Shown in pieces: positions 21,054-22,578 of a stretch of 22,578 bases of DNA. The stretch is from Myxococcaceae bacterium. Lineage in GTDB: Bacteria > Myxococcota > Myxococcia > Myxococcales > Myxococcaceae. The notes beneath the pieces were generated by a model, which was given only the letters and a program-made list of their open reading frames with translations, did no database searches and was not told the DNA's origin. Location of the stretch: positions 1 through 22,578 of the forward strand of contig DATGQN010000114.1 of the NCBI GenBank assembly GCA_035304185.1. The letters run 5' to 3'. How positions within the stretch are numbered: the first letter of the stretch is position 1; every line of letters begins with the position of its first letter. Position numbers and translations under genes: made by a program.

Positions 21054-22578
21054 GGACGCCCCTTGGCCACCTCGCCACCGAACCGGCTATAGATGGATGG
21101 AAGTACGAGCAACGTCAGTAACGTCGCCGTCACGAGACCGCCGATCACCACGGTGGCGAGTGGTCTTTGAACCTCTGCCCCCGCGCTCGTGGCTAGCGCC
21201 ATGGGAACGAATCCGAGAGAAGCCACGAGCGCCGTCATCAGCACCGGCCGCAGTCGGTCCCGAGCACCCTGTAGCGTCGCCTCCGACAGCGACAATCCTT
21301 CGCTCTGAAGCGTGCGGATGTGCGAGACCATCACAACTCCGTTGAGCACTGCGATACCGAAGAGCGCAATGAAGCCGACGGCCGCGCTGATACTGAGCGG
21401 CATCCCCCGGATGGCGAGCGCGAAGACGCCACCAACGGCTGCGAACGGTACGTTCAGGTAGATGAGCCCCGCTGGGCGCACCGATCCGTAGATCATGAAC
21501 AGCAGAAGAAAGATGAGGAAGAGCGCGGTGGGGACGGCGACAGAAAGCCGCTCGGTGGCCTCCTCCAGGTTCTTGAACTGACCGCCCCACTCGATAAAGT
21601 ACCCAGGCGGCATTTCGACCTGCGCGTCGATGCGCTTCTGCGCCTCGGATACGAACTCTGCGAGATCATTCCCACGCACATTGGCCATGATGGCCACTCG
21701 ACGCTGGATGTTCTCGCGTCCGATCTGAGCAGGCCCGTCTTCCAAGGTGAACATTGCTAACTCCCCGACGGGAACGGTCGTCCCGGCAGGCGTTCGTATG
21801 GGAACGTTGCGAATGGCCTCGATGTCGCGCCTCGTGCTCTCTGCCAGCCGGACCTGCAGCGTGAAACGGCGCTGGCCCTCGAAGACCTCGCCCACGGCGT
21901 GCCCAGCCACCGATGAAACGACGTCCATCACCTCTGCCACGCTCACGCCGTAACGCGCGATGGCCCGTCGGTCGATCTGAACGCGCAGGAATGGGAGCCC
22001 CGAGCTCTGCTCCAACTCCACGTCCCCCATACCGGGCACTTCTCTCACGATGCTCTCCACTTGCTCTCCGAGACTCGCGAGCTGGTCGAGATCGTCGCCA
22101 TAGATCTTGATGGCAATGTCCGCGCGCACACCACTGATGAGTTCGTTTGTACGTAGCTCGATGGGCTGCGAGAAAAGGTAGTTCTGGCCGGGCACTTCAC
22201 GCCGGAGCGTGGCTTGCATTGCCTCGACGAGCTCTTCCTTGGACTCAACCTTCCATTGGTCCGGTGGATTGAGCATGATAAAAATGTCCGACAGCTCGAC
22301 GCCCATGGGATCCGTGGCAATCTCGGCTCGGCCTGTGCGCGAGACCACAGTGTCGACCTCGTCGGGGAAGTGTTCGAGCAGGGTCGTTTCGATGCGCGAG
22401 GTGAAGCGAACCGACTCCTCGAGCGAGACCGACGGCAACCGCACCGCCTGCATCGCGATGGCTCCTTCGTCGAGACGGGGGATGAACTCGGTCCCAAGGA
22501 ACGGCACCGTCGAGGCGGCAGCGACCAAGAGCGCAATCGCGCCGGCGGCGGGAAGGAGTCGCCGCTTCGTCGTGAACA
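21050..22578 (-). CDS. czcA: heavy-metal-efflux RND permease (CzcA/CusA family), C-terminal ~509 codons; the gene continues beyond the window end
   Basis: The frame stays open to the window end (...FTTKRRLLPAAGAIALLVAAASTVPFLGTEFIPRLDEGAIAMQ...). The track 'M' at 22528 is an internal TTG codon, not a start. This segment aligns with the second half of CusA/CzcA (...GGEFLPQINEGDLLYMP... periplasmic loop, then TM8-12 ...ALVASLGFVPMALATSAGAEVQRPLATVVIGGLVTATLLTLLVLP). Confidence 0.88.
   Translation of the reverse strand, partial: FTTKRRLLPAAGAIALLVAAASTVPFLGTEFIPRLDEGAIAMQAVRLPSVSLEESVRFTSRIETTLLEHFPDEVDTVVSRTGRAEIATDPMGVELSDIFIMLNPPDQWKVESKEELVEAMQATLRREVPGQNYLFSQPIELRTNELISGVRADIAIKIYGDDLDQLASLGEQVESIVREVPGMGDVELEQSSGLPFLRVQIDRRAIARYGVSVAEVMDVVSSVAGHAVGEVFEGQRRFTLQVRLAESTRRDIEAIRNVPIRTPAGTTVPVGELAMFTLEDGPAQIGRENIQRRVAIMANVRGNDLAEFVSEAQKRIDAQVEMPPGYFIEWGGQFKNLEEATERLSVAVPTALFLIFLLLFMIYGSVRPAGLIYLNVPFAAVGGVFALAIRGMPLSISAAVGFIALFGIAVLNGVVMVSHIRTLQSEGLSLSEATLQGARDRLRPVLMTALVASLGFVPMALATSAGAEVQRPLATVVIGGLVTATLLTLLVLPSIYSRFGGEVAKGRP

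Noticed and set aside
22526-22528. 'M' start of the czcA ORF at 22528
   Set aside because: The codon is TTG and the frame stays open to the window end with continuous CzcA homology, so it is an internal Leu and the gene is 5'-truncated by the window.
1-22578. CRISPR arrays, tRNA/rRNA genes, IS elements, integrases, toxin-antitoxin pairs
   Set aside because: No direct-repeat/spacer periodicity, no cloverleaf-like conserved tRNA boxes, no transposase or integrase motifs, and no small paired ORFs were seen in any frame.

Overview
This is a high-GC (~70%) bacterial chromosomal window, Myxococcota- or actinobacteria-like in composition, densely packed with 14 protein-coding genes. I found no rRNA, tRNA, CRISPR or mobile-element signatures. 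At this GC content every real gene is shadowed by long antisense ORFs, so strand calls rest on recognisable protein motifs and amino-acid composition.

Genes, left to right:
- A truncated M2 (angiotensin-converting-enzyme-like) peptidyl-dipeptidase lipoprotein (1-1118, minus).
- An AI-2E family transporter (1224-2438, plus).
- A YfbK-like von Willebrand-A (vWA) lipoprotein (2574-4391, plus).
- A minus-strand cluster: hypothetical lipoprotein (13211-13948), NfeD/YqiJ-like membrane protein (12198-13043), flotillin/YqiK-like SPFH protein (10011-12095), and a giant 1827-aa protein carrying a dynein/MoxR-type AAA_5 ATPase module (4502-9985).
- A small STAS-like protein (14300-14716, plus).
- A DegP/HtrA protease lipoprotein (14786-16228, minus) and an ABC-F ATPase (16274-17899, minus).
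- An overlapping DprE1/DprE2-like FAD-oxidase and SDR-reductase pair (18021-20104, plus).
- In a lower-GC tail (~58-60%): a divergent ZIP-like membrane protein (20307-21053, minus) translationally coupled to the 3' end of a CzcA/CusA heavy-metal RND efflux pump gene (21050 to beyond 22578, minus).

The most interesting candidate for an undescribed system is the tightly linked NfeD-flotillin-giant AAA_5 ATPase unit, which sits convergent to a MIDAS/vWA protein gene.
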